The notes under the pieces are model-generated. The model was given only the letters and a program-made list of their open reading frames with translations, ran no database searches and was not told the origin of the DNA. The translations under genes and the position numbers were made by a program. A DNA stretch of 64,000 bases, from contig JBNKOC010000009.1 in the NCBI GenBank assembly GCA_050294405.1, positions 32,001 through 96,000 of the forward strand, read 5' to 3'. The stretch comes from Fibrobacteria bacterium. GTDB taxonomy: Bacteria; Fibrobacterota; Fibrobacteria; UBA11236; JADFYW01. Of this stretch, positions 29,601-37,660 are shown one piece after another. Numbering within the stretch: position 1 is the stretch's first letter; every line of letters starts with the position of its first letter.

Positions 29601-30166
29601 GCCGTGGAGCTGATTATGGTTTGGACAAGTGTGGAGTCTTTATAAAGTTTGATGGAGACCTGCGAGCCGGTTTCACCTGCCGTATTCCATTCAATACTCA
29701 AGGGTTCGCCAATCATGGCTTCGTCATCTAAAGTTGGGGATGTTACAGATATAGTTCCGTCATATAAGGATTTGATTTTGAAAAAACCGGAATAATCATA
29801 TTGGGAGCTGTCTTCCGCATTTGTGATTTTTATTTGGTATTTTTCTCCGCTTCCGGATTCGGGATTTACCCGCCATGCATATTTTCCAGAATTGCTTATA
29901 TTGGAGCTGATTACATCGACAAATTGGCTATCCTGATACAATTCGAGTTTTATTCTGTCAATATTATTTTTTTTGGTATACCATGTTATGGTTAAAGAGG
30001 TGTCGTAGCTAACAACTTGCTTGTCATAGGGATAGGTGAATACAAAATTACCGTTATTTGTAACGCTGCTTTTTTTGTCCTTTTTTCCATCCAATAAACA
30101 TTGAATTAAAAAAATGCTTAAACAGGGTATTAGAAAGAATTTGGCAATTGATTTTGAATGGTTCAT
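26648..30166 (-). CDS. Large repetitive surface lipoprotein (7 Kre9/GPI-anchor-like Ig repeats and 4 PPC-like domains)
   Basis: Lipobox-like LIQC; repeats P...Y-x-I-x-W...NxGxxxW...YxIxI...SxxFxI alternating with D-x-[HFY]-E...DxDWF units. Confidence 0.75.
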   Translation of the reverse strand: MNHSKSIAKFFLIPCLSIFLIQCLLDGKKDKKSSVTNNGNFVFTYPYDKQVVSYDTSLTITWYTKKNNIDRIKLELYQDSQFVDVISSNISNSGKYAWRVNPESGSGEKYQIKITNAEDSSQYDYSGFFKIKSLYDGTISVTSPTLDDEAMIGEPLSIEWNTAGETGSQVSIKLYKDSTLVQTIISSTANDGSHSWSGINTTLGSGDDYYIEIASVQDGGIFGLSEKFSILSEYDGTITITAPEASEELESGSIYEILWETEGNIGTGVSIKLVKNEEQILSLTTNSSDDGSQSWSIPAYLETGDNYQIEIASVQDPGLKFYSEEFTINGLEKDKHEPDSSKETATTIDFKITESHSLTLNDEDWVKFSADSGNMYIISTSNNIQINKEIYNESEDDPIASISYSIYSTIWEAPEDGIFFVRIYGRNSSSYGNYSLAIREYNPDSIVTFVNPSEASAWVAGTEYNIQWKADSAIFGNAVRLTLMKNDEELMDISTAIENNGQISWSLPGGLETGNDYKIKLENSTNSQIFGYSSEFTIAGINKDKFEPNNSPEEVAEINSDGEEHELSLTANDQDWFIFSAKENTYYAISIVGDVNVRAYVYPESTTTSLEYQTGTNIQIFHQNEEAQKLRLRIYGLSSSYFGDYNLIIREYDPENVLNFANPTTESTWSTGSQYDIQWTPDSTLFGSLVRIFLMQDSLQLLSIASSSNNSGNYSWTIPNGMATGNNYQIKIVNYSNQNISALSEKFSISGIAQDKYEQNNTKENGKELLTDGSAQGASISYQDEDWFYFQVQAQKTYVINISSEFSIRGYLQPESSTTQLDYKTGTNIQMVYTNTSEEYLFLRTLPVSSSYFGMYDIAIVEHDPAENMFTNPTSSATWSTGSPYDIQWDTDSLLFGSHVRLTLMYNQKAIATISSRANNNGEFSYTPPDGLASSDKYSILMENYANTNIKSYSEGFAISGIPLDSYEIDDSASLAHELQSGVEESHSLSLSDVDWFFISASPDNIYSFTVTGSIYPRLNLYSDEGLTSLAQVNTSGLDSNVTFSWFNASGTELYLKLESSRRGSYNIELNEISSGDVQLNVSAPIAGSDFSAGDSVSITWDTQVDLGGRVDLFLYNSGGVVETISANVVNSGEHIWVVPASTTAGTEYFIRVISRISGNIFGNSDVFSISN

Positions 30167-30326
30167 TGGGTATCCCCCTTTTTGTCCCTTGTGCCTTTAT
30201 TATATAATTTCCCCCAATTTGAATCCGAATTTTAGATGAAAATTTTATTTTTTTAGGGGTTCCGGCTTTGGATTATCCAATAACTGGCAAGTGTGCCATA
30301 TTGATTTTTATCTTATTTTAAGAAAT

Positions 30327-31421
30327 ATGCCAAAAACAGAAGTTTTAATCATTGGGGCAGGGCCCTACGGGATAGCCATTGCCAATGAGCTTTTTGCAAA
30401 TGGGGTTCCATTTCAAATTATTGGAAAGCCGTTTGACCTTTGGCTCAATTATACTCAAAACCATAGTTCTATTCGCTCTGATTGGCTTACCAGTGAAGTT
30501 TATTGTCCCACGGGTCGATATGGATTTTTAAAATTTTTGCAGGAAAAGCGGTTTTCTAATAAAAATGAAATTTTAAAAAAACGCCTTCCCGTAGAATTAT
30601 ATAGGAAGTATTTAAAATATGTTTTAACCCAATTGCCCTATTTGATTGAGGATAGTAAATGTATCCAGCTTCAACAAAATAATGGTTTATTTCAGGCGAA
30701 ACTGGAAAATCAAAAAATAATAGAAGCTCAAGTAGTAATTTTAGCAACGGGAATTGAAAGCCATAAGTATTTGCCGGCCATATTTCAGAAATCAAACGAA
30801 ACTCCTATTGTTCATAGTTGGAATGTGAATGGAGTTTTAAACATTGAGGGCAAAAATATACTGGTTGTGGGAAGAGGCCAATCGGCGGCCGAGGCCATAT
30901 GTCAGCTAAGTAAGAAAAATAAAATTAACTGGCTGTTGAGGAAGGAACCTGAATATTATTCTGAGCCCATTAATCTTCCCGTTCCAGTTTTTAAAAGTTT
31001 AAGATTTTTATCAGGATTGTTTTTTTATTTGCCTCTTAAAATCCGAAAATTACTGGGGAAAAAGTTTGTATCGGTAACCATTACCCCCGATTTGAAAAAA
31101 TATATGGAATCAAACTCCGTAAAAAAGATTTTTTCAGATGTTAATGATTTAAACTCCCTGGACATTTATGATTTAATTATATCAGCAACTGGTTTTACTT
31201 ATTCTCTTGATTCCATTTCTTTTTTAGATAATAAGCTAAAAGGCTGCATTGAAACTCAGGGAGATGTTCCAAAATTAAATAGATGTTTTGAGTCAAGCTG
31301 TAAGGGATTGTTCTTTGCAGGAGGTATAACAGAATTCAGCCATGGACCTGCTATGCGCTTTATGATGGGCGCACCCTTTACTGCAAAAACGATTGCCCGG
31401 GCTGTTGCAAATAAGTTTTAA
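30327..31421 (+). CDS. FAD/NAD(P)-dependent oxidoreductase
   Basis: IIGAGPYG, VVGRGQSA, ATGF, FESSCKGLFFAG. Confidence 0.8.
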   Translation: MPKTEVLIIGAGPYGIAIANELFANGVPFQIIGKPFDLWLNYTQNHSSIRSDWLTSEVYCPTGRYGFLKFLQEKRFSNKNEILKKRLPVELYRKYLKYVLTQLPYLIEDSKCIQLQQNNGLFQAKLENQKIIEAQVVILATGIESHKYLPAIFQKSNETPIVHSWNVNGVLNIEGKNILVVGRGQSAAEAICQLSKKNKINWLLRKEPEYYSEPINLPVPVFKSLRFLSGLFFYLPLKIRKLLGKKFVSVTITPDLKKYMESNSVKKIFSDVNDLNSLDIYDLIISATGFTYSLDSISFLDNKLKGCIETQGDVPKLNRCFESSCKGLFFAGGITEFSHGPAMRFMMGAPFTAKTIARAVANKF

Positions 31422-32279
31422 ATGGATACATCCCTTCAAAATATCCTGGGTTATATTCCCCCGATTGATACTCTTAAAATTCCAAATTGCTCTCCAAATA
31501 TATTTTTGGTTCGGGAAGATTTAGGTCCCTTGGGTGGAGGCAATAAAGTTCGACGATTATGCGGCTGGATTGGGAATAAAAATCAGTTTAAAAATCTTAA
31601 GTTGTTATCTGATTCGGGTTCCCATTCTCATTTGGGACTATATCGGATTTTTGAAGCGAAAATTTTTCCCTGGTTGCAATCTATTACTTTATATGAGAGG
31701 CCCACAGAGCTAAACCCTTATGTTTCCCATATAAAAAATCAAATGCAGCCGATACCAAATTTAAAGGTAGAGCCATTGACAAGTATTTTTCAATGGAAGA
31801 AGTATTTATTTGCGAAGGGATTAGATTCTAAAAAAATTCCCATTGGAGCTTCGGTGAAGTGCAATGGAATCTATGAAAATATTTTAACCCAAAAAAATTT
31901 CAGTAATTTGGATGAGGAAAAAACCATACTTTCTATGCCCATCGGTTCTGGAAACAGCTTTTTTGAAATTTTAAATTTAGCTCAAAACCTATTTCGCAAT
32001 TTCGAATACTTGTGCCCTGTTACGGCAACAGTTCCCAGGATTTGGAGTAAAATCAAATATACGCATACGCCAAAAAATGTGAAATTGTACTACCCTGCAA
32101 AATTGTCCTGGAAAGAGTATATGCAAAAAGCGAAACGGTTTTATGATTCAAGCGGGGTAGTGCTGGATCCTATACATACAATTTATTTGTTAGATGTAAT
32201 AGAAAACCGAAAGTTTTATAAAGGAAATATTGTTCTCTGGATAAGTTGCCCCAGAATAAATGGAACTTTGTTATGGTAG
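31422..32279 (+). CDS. Divergent PLP-dependent enzyme (ACC deaminase/D-cysteine desulfhydrase-like)
   Basis: VREDL..GGNKVRRL PLP-lysine motif, PIGSG, VLDPIHT. Confidence 0.55.
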   Translation: MDTSLQNILGYIPPIDTLKIPNCSPNIFLVREDLGPLGGGNKVRRLCGWIGNKNQFKNLKLLSDSGSHSHLGLYRIFEAKIFPWLQSITLYERPTELNPYVSHIKNQMQPIPNLKVEPLTSIFQWKKYLFAKGLDSKKIPIGASVKCNGIYENILTQKNFSNLDEEKTILSMPIGSGNSFFEILNLAQNLFRNFEYLCPVTATVPRIWSKIKYTHTPKNVKLYYPAKLSWKEYMQKAKRFYDSSGVVLDPIHTIYLLDVIENRKFYKGNIVLWISCPRINGTLLW

Positions 32280-32374
32280 TTGCCAGCCATTTTTGAAATT
32301 TCCCGGGTCGCGCAAATTATTTCCTTTTATAAAATAAACCCCTTTTTTTAAGCGAATTAGGCCAATATTTCAAT

Positions 32375-32390
32375 TGGCACAAGGGTTGCA
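32375..32390 (+). promoter_or_regulatory. sigma54 promoter
   Basis: TGGCAC-AAGGG-TTGCA, a full consensus match, 35 nt before ATG 32426. Confidence 0.8.
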
Positions 32391-32425
32391 ATAATTGCTG
32401 ATTGTACTCGCAATCAGGAGATATT

Positions 32426-33220
32426 ATGAAAAAGTTTATTATTACTTCTATGTTATTATTCGGAATTTTTACCCAGTCCCAGGCCAATCAACCTCAAGAT
32501 TCCGGAAAAAAGGAATCTTTTTTCTTTACCGATCGGGTGTATGCTAACCGGCACCATTGGTATTGGGGGCTTGGGGCCGTGGTTTCTCAATTGCCGGTGA
32601 TTAAAGCCGGGTTCAAGGTGCCCTTTTCTCAGGTTTTATATGAATACAATGTTACTGATCCTTCAAAATTTTACCGTTTTTCTCTGGGTGGCGGCTTGTA
32701 TGGGCTAAATGGAATTTTGCCTGTACCTGCCATACAGCCCAGTATTTACATTGGAAGTGAAAATAACGAAATCATGGCCCGCTTAAGTTCCGGCTTTTTT
32801 TCGGATATTACGGTTGGAAATCATTCCGCAGTGTTGTTTTCTGCAGGTGTTATTATTAAAAACCGAATCGATTTGTCTTTAGTTATGGTTCCCTTCGGAA
32901 TCCAGCCTGTTCGCCCTTACCCTGAGATTTTGGGAAGCCTGGAAGAAGATTTTATACCGGTTGAAGACGTGGATTACACGAAAGATCCTTTTGGTAAGAA
33001 TCTTACAGTGTATGATTCTAAACATCGTCACGAAGACGACCCTCGTTTTAATGATGAAGATAATCAATATTACTATTCAAGTTATGATATGGATTATGGA
33101 AATGGAAAGTATAACGGAAACGCCAAAATTCACCCTGGGGATTTTGACTATGTAAAAGGAAGGGAATATATTTCTTTTCCTTACTTTGGGCTGATGCTGA
33201 CTTTTAGACATGGTCTATAA
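32426..33220 (+). CDS. Hypothetical exported/outer-membrane protein
   Basis: AGGAG SD, signal peptide MKKFIITS..., beta-strand pattern. Confidence 0.6.
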   Translation: MKKFIITSMLLFGIFTQSQANQPQDSGKKESFFFTDRVYANRHHWYWGLGAVVSQLPVIKAGFKVPFSQVLYEYNVTDPSKFYRFSLGGGLYGLNGILPVPAIQPSIYIGSENNEIMARLSSGFFSDITVGNHSAVLFSAGVIIKNRIDLSLVMVPFGIQPVRPYPEILGSLEEDFIPVEDVDYTKDPFGKNLTVYDSKHRHEDDPRFNDEDNQYYYSSYDMDYGNGKYNGNAKIHPGDFDYVKGREYISFPYFGLMLTFRHGL

Positions 33221-33224
33221 CAAT

Positions 33225-33258
33225 AAAAAAGCCGGTCCGCCAAAAAAGCGGAACCGGC
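33225..33258 (-). terminator. Intrinsic terminator between convergent genes
   Basis: GCCGGTCCGC-loop-GCGGAACCGGC with a flanking A tract (U tract on the minus strand). Confidence 0.7.
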
Positions 33259-33279
33259 CCTCTTACCTGCCAACTCTGC

Positions 33280-33831
33280 TTAGGGTATCAATACAGCATC
33301 GATGACATGGATTGTCCCATTGGAAGCTTCGATATCCACTGAAGTTACTCTGATGTTATCGTTTAATATTACCGCTCCATTTTCCACCTTGATGTTTATT
33401 TTTTCCCCGTTGATGGTGGGTGCCTCTGTCAGGTTTACTACTTGATCCGAGGATACTTTACCTGAAACAACATGGTAAAGCAAGATCTGAGTCAAGGCGC
33501 CCTCAGGGTCTTCCAGTAGGCTTTCTACAGTGCCTGCGGGCAGCGCTTCAAAGGCTGAGTTTGTCGGGGCAAACACAGTGAAAGGCCCTTCTTCAGCTAA
33601 TGTTTCCGCTAATCCGGCGGCGCTTATGGCCTGAACCAGAGTTGAAAATTCGGGGTTGGATTGCGCTATTTCCACAACAGAACTTTTTGGCTCGGTTTCT
33701 GTTTGCATGGGATTACTGTTGCCTTTATCATCTTTCCCAAAACAGCCGATAAATAAGAGGCTGGCAAGGATTAATAGAAAAGGGGTATGTATATTTTTTT
33801 TGATACTTGAATTAAACGGTAGGCTGGTCAT
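33280..33831 (-). CDS. Fasciclin (FAS1) domain lipoprotein (start re-called at ATG 33831)
   Basis: GGAGGAG SD; FIGC lipobox; GPFTVFAPTNSAF, LLYHVV, NGTIHVIDAVL. Confidence 0.92.
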   Translation of the reverse strand: MTSLPFNSSIKKNIHTPFLLILASLLFIGCFGKDDKGNSNPMQTETEPKSSVVEIAQSNPEFSTLVQAISAAGLAETLAEEGPFTVFAPTNSAFEALPAGTVESLLEDPEGALTQILLYHVVSGKVSSDQVVNLTEAPTINGEKINIKVENGAVILNDNIRVTSVDIEASNGTIHVIDAVLIP

Positions 33832-33952
33832 GGCTCCTCCTTTTGCGCTGCTTGAGCGCGTATTACTAGTTGAGATTCCTTGTGCCGTATAGCACAAAAT
33901 TTTCAATGCAAAATGAAATACGCGCAGCTTTTAAAAAGGGTTGGGAAAAAAT

Positions 33953-33980
33953 AAAAAAAGCCGAAATCAATTCGGCCTTT
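33953..33980 (-). terminator. Intrinsic terminator after the xylanase gene
   Basis: A tract + GCCGAA-ATCAA-TTCGGC. Confidence 0.6.
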
Positions 33981-34043
33981 CCCTTAAAGGGGAAATTTTA
34001 TTTCGACAGGCAAGGCCCTAAAGCCCTACCTGCCGAATATGGT

Positions 34044-35372
34044 TCACTTCAGTTGAGTCAACGGAAGAGTAACGGATTGCTCGCCTACTTTTAGGTTTGC
34101 AATATACATTCCAGCAGGAATTTCATTTTGCCAGGGAACAGCGTGCGCGCCGGCATCCTTCATTCCAAGATCGATAACCTGAGTGACTTTGCCATTTGGA
34201 TCTACAATGCTCAGCTTTACTTGTTGCTGTGATTTCAGTTTAAAGTTGAACTGGTTGTTGGCAAAATTGAAAAAGTGGTTTTTAAATTTTTTGTAGTGTC
34301 TGGTTACAGAGTTCGGGTCATCGCCATTGATAAAAGCCAATCTTTGTGCGGCTACATCAGGGTCTGCGTTTTCGAAGGCCTCCACCAGAGCATTATAAGG
34401 GGCTTGTTTGGCAGAAAGATTGCTATTCCAAATTAAGCATCCGCAACCTGACCCTTTCCAGGAAATGCCATCGTGCACACCCCAAGTCATAAAAGAAGTG
34501 CAGTTGAAGTTTTCTGCGCAGGCTTCAGCCAGATTTTTCCAGGCGTTTCCGTTGTTTGTCGCGTTAGAAATATCAATTTCTGTGAGAGAAACTCTAAGTC
34601 CTAATTCTCCCAGTCTTTTGATATTATCGGAAATAGCTTGCTTGCTGAGATTGGTGCCCAAGTGGCATTGCAAGCCGACTCCGTGGATTGGAATGCCGTC
34701 TTCAAGCATTCTTCCTACCATTTCATAAACAAAGTTGGATTTAGCGTTTCCGCCTTCTGCCCCGTAATCGTTGTAATACAAGAGCGCTTCAGGGTCGGCG
34801 GCATGCGCATATACAAAAGCCGAATCCAGGAAGTCTTCTCCTATTACATTTCTGTAAAAACTGCTACGCAATTCCCGGCCGTTATCCGCTACAGCTTCGT
34901 TCACAACATCCCATTCCAGAATTTGCCCTTCCCAATGACCCAAAACATTGTCGATATGGTTTTTCATGGCTGATAACATTTGATTTCTGTTGTTGATGCT
35001 AGACATCCAGTTGGATGTTTGGGAATGCCATACCAATGTATGGCCCCGCATAAGCTGGCCATTGGATTCGGCAAAGTCAACCACGGCATCCCCGCCACTA
35101 TAACTGAATTGGCCCTGACTTGGCTCAGTAGGTTGAAATTTCATTTGGTTTTCGCAAACCAACATGTTAAATTCCTCTGCAAGAATATCGCTAAAGTTGA
35201 CTCGGCTGGGACTTTGGCCAATGGCGGTTCCAAAGTTGATGTGAACACCCTGGGCCGCATCCACAATTTTTTGTCCCTGTGAAAAACTTGCAAGGCATGT
35301 CGCGCCCACAGCAGAAAAAAGCGCTAATTTTTTAAGATAATTTGCCCTTGACTTGTTCATTGGATTCACCAT
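34044..35372 (-). CDS. Endo-1,4-beta-xylanase (GH10) with C-terminal FlgD/T9SS-like domain
   Basis: ENQMK, RGHTLVWHSQ, WDVVNEA, YYNDY, GLQCH, TEID. Confidence 0.95.
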   Translation of the reverse strand: MVNPMNKSRANYLKKLALFSAVGATCLASFSQGQKIVDAAQGVHINFGTAIGQSPSRVNFSDILAEEFNMLVCENQMKFQPTEPSQGQFSYSGGDAVVDFAESNGQLMRGHTLVWHSQTSNWMSSINNRNQMLSAMKNHIDNVLGHWEGQILEWDVVNEAVADNGRELRSSFYRNVIGEDFLDSAFVYAHAADPEALLYYNDYGAEGGNAKSNFVYEMVGRMLEDGIPIHGVGLQCHLGTNLSKQAISDNIKRLGELGLRVSLTEIDISNATNNGNAWKNLAEACAENFNCTSFMTWGVHDGISWKGSGCGCLIWNSNLSAKQAPYNALVEAFENADPDVAAQRLAFINGDDPNSVTRHYKKFKNHFFNFANNQFNFKLKSQQQVKLSIVDPNGKVTQVIDLGMKDAGAHAVPWQNEIPAGMYIANLKVGEQSVTLPLTQLK

Positions 35373-36092
35373 TTCCTCCTTTAAAAATCCAGATCTTACT
35401 CGGATAAATGAGGCGCAGAATTTTTGCCAACAGCTAATGCTGGCAAGTTTGAGTCCTGCGATTTCAGCAGCTGTGGTTTAAGTATTCCCCCGGAATAGCA
35501 AACTCCAGATGTCCCCCTGATTCTTTCCTCAAAATTTTTTCCCCGGTAAAAGTATGGGAAAATCCCACTTTTTTAAGATAGGCGAAAGTCCCGGCTATTC
35601 TGGTAAATTCCCGGAAATTTATTGTGTAGGTAATATTTTTATAAAGCCATGTGATTTATAGCTTTATGTGTTTTTTAAGGGAACCTGTTCTATAGCTATT
35701 TAGGTAAAAAATCGGCAAATTGGGATTTCCTAAACCTTCTTATAATTTTAGGGTACAGAAGCAATGAGGCATTTGATTTTTTTTTTGTTCGCGGTTCTTG
35801 CTAAGAAAGAGTTTTGGCCGGGTGCTTTTATCAGACATTAAGATAAAAAATGGGACTTGGATTTATTGCCTTTTGGAAAAGCAGTCCATAAAAAATGTAA
35901 ATAGACAGGCTACAAGTGTATCCAATGTGTTTAAAAGCGGGGTTGTTACAGCTAACTTTGAAAAATTATGGGCCTGTGGCGCCAGATTAGGTATCCCGCT
36001 TAAGTGGAAATATGGAAGTAGTCCGGACCTTTGGGGGGAGTAATGCCTTTTATATCAGGTGTATAAAAGATCCATAGTCACAGATAAAAGTA

Positions 36093-36118
36093 TCGGAGTG
36101 ACTGGATTCGAACCAGCG
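36093..36118. repeat. att core copy (duplicated tRNA-Pro 3' end)
   Basis: Identical to 43109-43134 (acceptor 3' strand plus T arm of the tRNA). Confidence 0.95.
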
Positions 36119-36370
36119 ATTAGTGAGGACGCAAAGCAGAGACCTATTTGGACAAATGGAGTCGGTCTACTTTTGGGTGAAAAAAAACGATTTCTAGAAG
36201 ATTATTGCCAAGTAGGGTCAGGTTTAATCCAAACCGAGCCCGGTAAATTGTGCCATATTCGTGACACATTAATGGTAAGAATTGAGCAATTGTTGAAAGG
36301 TGCTTCTGAGGAACAACTTAAAATCATTATTAGCTATCTTGAGCCTAAAAAGTTATTGAAAGTGGAGTAA
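36119..36370 (+). other. Alternative 83-codon integrase C-terminus, joined in frame only in the excised/attP form
   Basis: The att core reads GVTGFEPA in this frame and in the integrase; open to TAA 36370. Confidence 0.65.
36248..36267. repeat. Putative integrase arm-type site (left)
   Basis: TTGTGCCATATTCGTGACAC, 19/20 identical to 43042-43061. Confidence 0.65.
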
Positions 36371-36378
36371 GAAAAAAT

Positions 36379-36475
36379 TGGAGATAGCGGGGGTCGAACC
36401 CGCAGCTAGGAAGTTGATAATTTCACCCTTAAGTAAAATTGTCAATTCCCTGTTTTACCGTTAAACTATACCCCC
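36379..36475 (-). ncRNA. tRNA-like RNA with intact acceptor, D and T arms and an extended hairpin in place of the anticodon loop
   Basis: GGGGGTA/TATCTCC-A acceptor; GTTT-AACGGTA-AAAC D arm; GCGGG-TTCGACC-CCCGC T arm; own promoter. Confidence 0.75.
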
Positions 36476-36488
36476 AAAAATCGATATT

Positions 36489-36516
36489 AATTTATGAGAT
36501 AAAATTTATTTGTCAA
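36489..36516 (-). promoter_or_regulatory. sigma70 promoter of the tRNA-like RNA
   Basis: TTGACA-16 nt-TAAATT ending 13 nt before the RNA 5' end. Confidence 0.65.
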
Positions 36517-36535
36517 TTGTTTTAGAAGTTGGAGC

Positions 36536-37054
36536 TTAAAAAATAAATCCAACTTCTTGTAATTTGATAAGCATTGCTTGATAACTAACATTAAATTTTT
36601 TCGCTAAATTAATGCAAAATATATCAATGTTGAACTGAATATTTTTTTGATATTTTTTGATTTCATTAATTATCATAAAAGTTGGCATTAAAATTTCGGC
36701 AGCAAATTGATTTGCCTCTATCTCCCTTTTGTTTTTAACGTTATCATCCCTGAAAAACAAATTTTCGTCTACGTGGGTGTTTATGTTTTCTCGATGAAGA
36801 ACGAAATGGGCGTACTCGTGGGCCAAGGTGAAATTTTTTCTTTCTGGAGAGTGTCCTCTATTGATTAGAATTGTTCCTTTCTTTCCCTCTACACGCAATG
36901 CTCCCGAGATGTGGTTGGGAAGTTCTTTCTCTAAAATAATTAGTTCAGAATCTGATTCAATAATTTGCTTTAGGTTGACCTTAGGCTTAAGTATATGATG
37001 TTTCTGAATAATTTGGAGGGCTTCTTTTTTAGGCACATTTAAATATGACTTCAC
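36536..37054 (-). CDS. ImmA/IrrE-family metallo-endopeptidase (CapP-like)
   Basis: RKNFTLAHEYAH (HExxH), EIEANQFAAEILMP, FNVSYQA. Confidence 0.92.
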   Translation of the reverse strand: MKSYLNVPKKEALQIIQKHHILKPKVNLKQIIESDSELIILEKELPNHISGALRVEGKKGTILINRGHSPERKNFTLAHEYAHFVLHRENINTHVDENLFFRDDNVKNKREIEANQFAAEILMPTFMIINEIKKYQKNIQFNIDIFCINLAKKFNVSYQAMLIKLQEVGFIF

Positions 37055-37066
37055 ATTTACCCTTTT

Positions 37067-37381
37067 CTACTTGATAGTAGAATTAAAAGCATTTTCAACT
37101 TCATCAGGGATAGGGTTCCCTGAAATAGAATCTAATGTTTTCTTACTTTTAATTTCGTCAGGAAAAAGTTCCTTAGGATTAATTCCTAAGACTAGTCCAA
37201 TTTGAAAAAGCTTATCTATCGAAATTCTTTGTTTCCCTTTTTCAATATGAACCATTGAGCTTTGGGAAAGTTTAATTGATGTTGCTAATTCAAATTGTTT
37301 GATTTTCCTTTTGCTTCGCTCAACACTTATCCGGTGTCCAATTTCTCGGTATAAATCTTGAAAACTTAATGAATTTTCCAT
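37067..37381 (-). CDS. XRE-family HTH regulator (CapH/ImmR-like)
   Basis: KQFELA...SQSSMVHIEKGKQRISIDKL. Confidence 0.88.
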   Translation of the reverse strand: MENSLSFQDLYREIGHRISVERSKRKIKQFELATSIKLSQSSMVHIEKGKQRISIDKLFQIGLVLGINPKELFPDEIKSKKTLDSISGNPIPDEVENAFNSTIK

Positions 37382-37532
37382 ATATGTTGATCCAGAATAT
37401 AGCTAAATTTATCTTAAATCGCAATAAAAATTTCAATTTTTACTTTAAAAAGCCATTTTATTATTTTAGCAAATAAAATTCTTGTTGGCTTTAAAAACAT
37501 AAAGTATTTTGAATGGAGCAGAATTTATCTGC

Positions 37533-37605
37533 AAAAAAAAATGGCCCTCCCGTAGGTTTGAAGCACCGGGGGGCCATTGAAATTAACCATTCCGAAGATT
37601 GGTAT
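37533..37605 (-). ncRNA. Putative ~70-nt cis-antisense RNA over the HNH gene leader
   Basis: Minus-strand TTTCCG-17-TATATT promoter-like element (37640-37612); GC-rich hairpin 37540-37578 followed by a U tract on the minus strand. Confidence 0.45.
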
Positions 37606-37660
37606 TTTATAAATATATATAAAACACCTGCCTCCGGAAACAACTAAAAGGAGGCTGAAA

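Noticed and set aside
30292..30302. TGTGCCATATT match to the arm-type repeat
   Set aside because: Only 11 bp and about 6 kb outside the island; probably chance
33872..33888. sigma54 promoter for the fasciclin gene
   Set aside because: GGCAC is present but there is no GC at -12
35798..36043. 81-aa ORF left of the island
   Set aside because: TTG start, no SD and no recognisable motif
36059..36370. 103-aa ORF as an independent gene
   Set aside because: It spans the att junction and has a GTG start with no well-placed SD; better explained as the alternative integrase tail plus chance upstream codons
36379..36403. Second att site (nested element) at the tRNA-like 3' end
   Set aside because: I found no second copy of this sequence in the window
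36379..36475. tmRNA or a standard tRNA gene
   Set aside because: Only 97 nt, with a true D stem and no tag ORF or pseudoknots; no stable 7-nt anticodon loop
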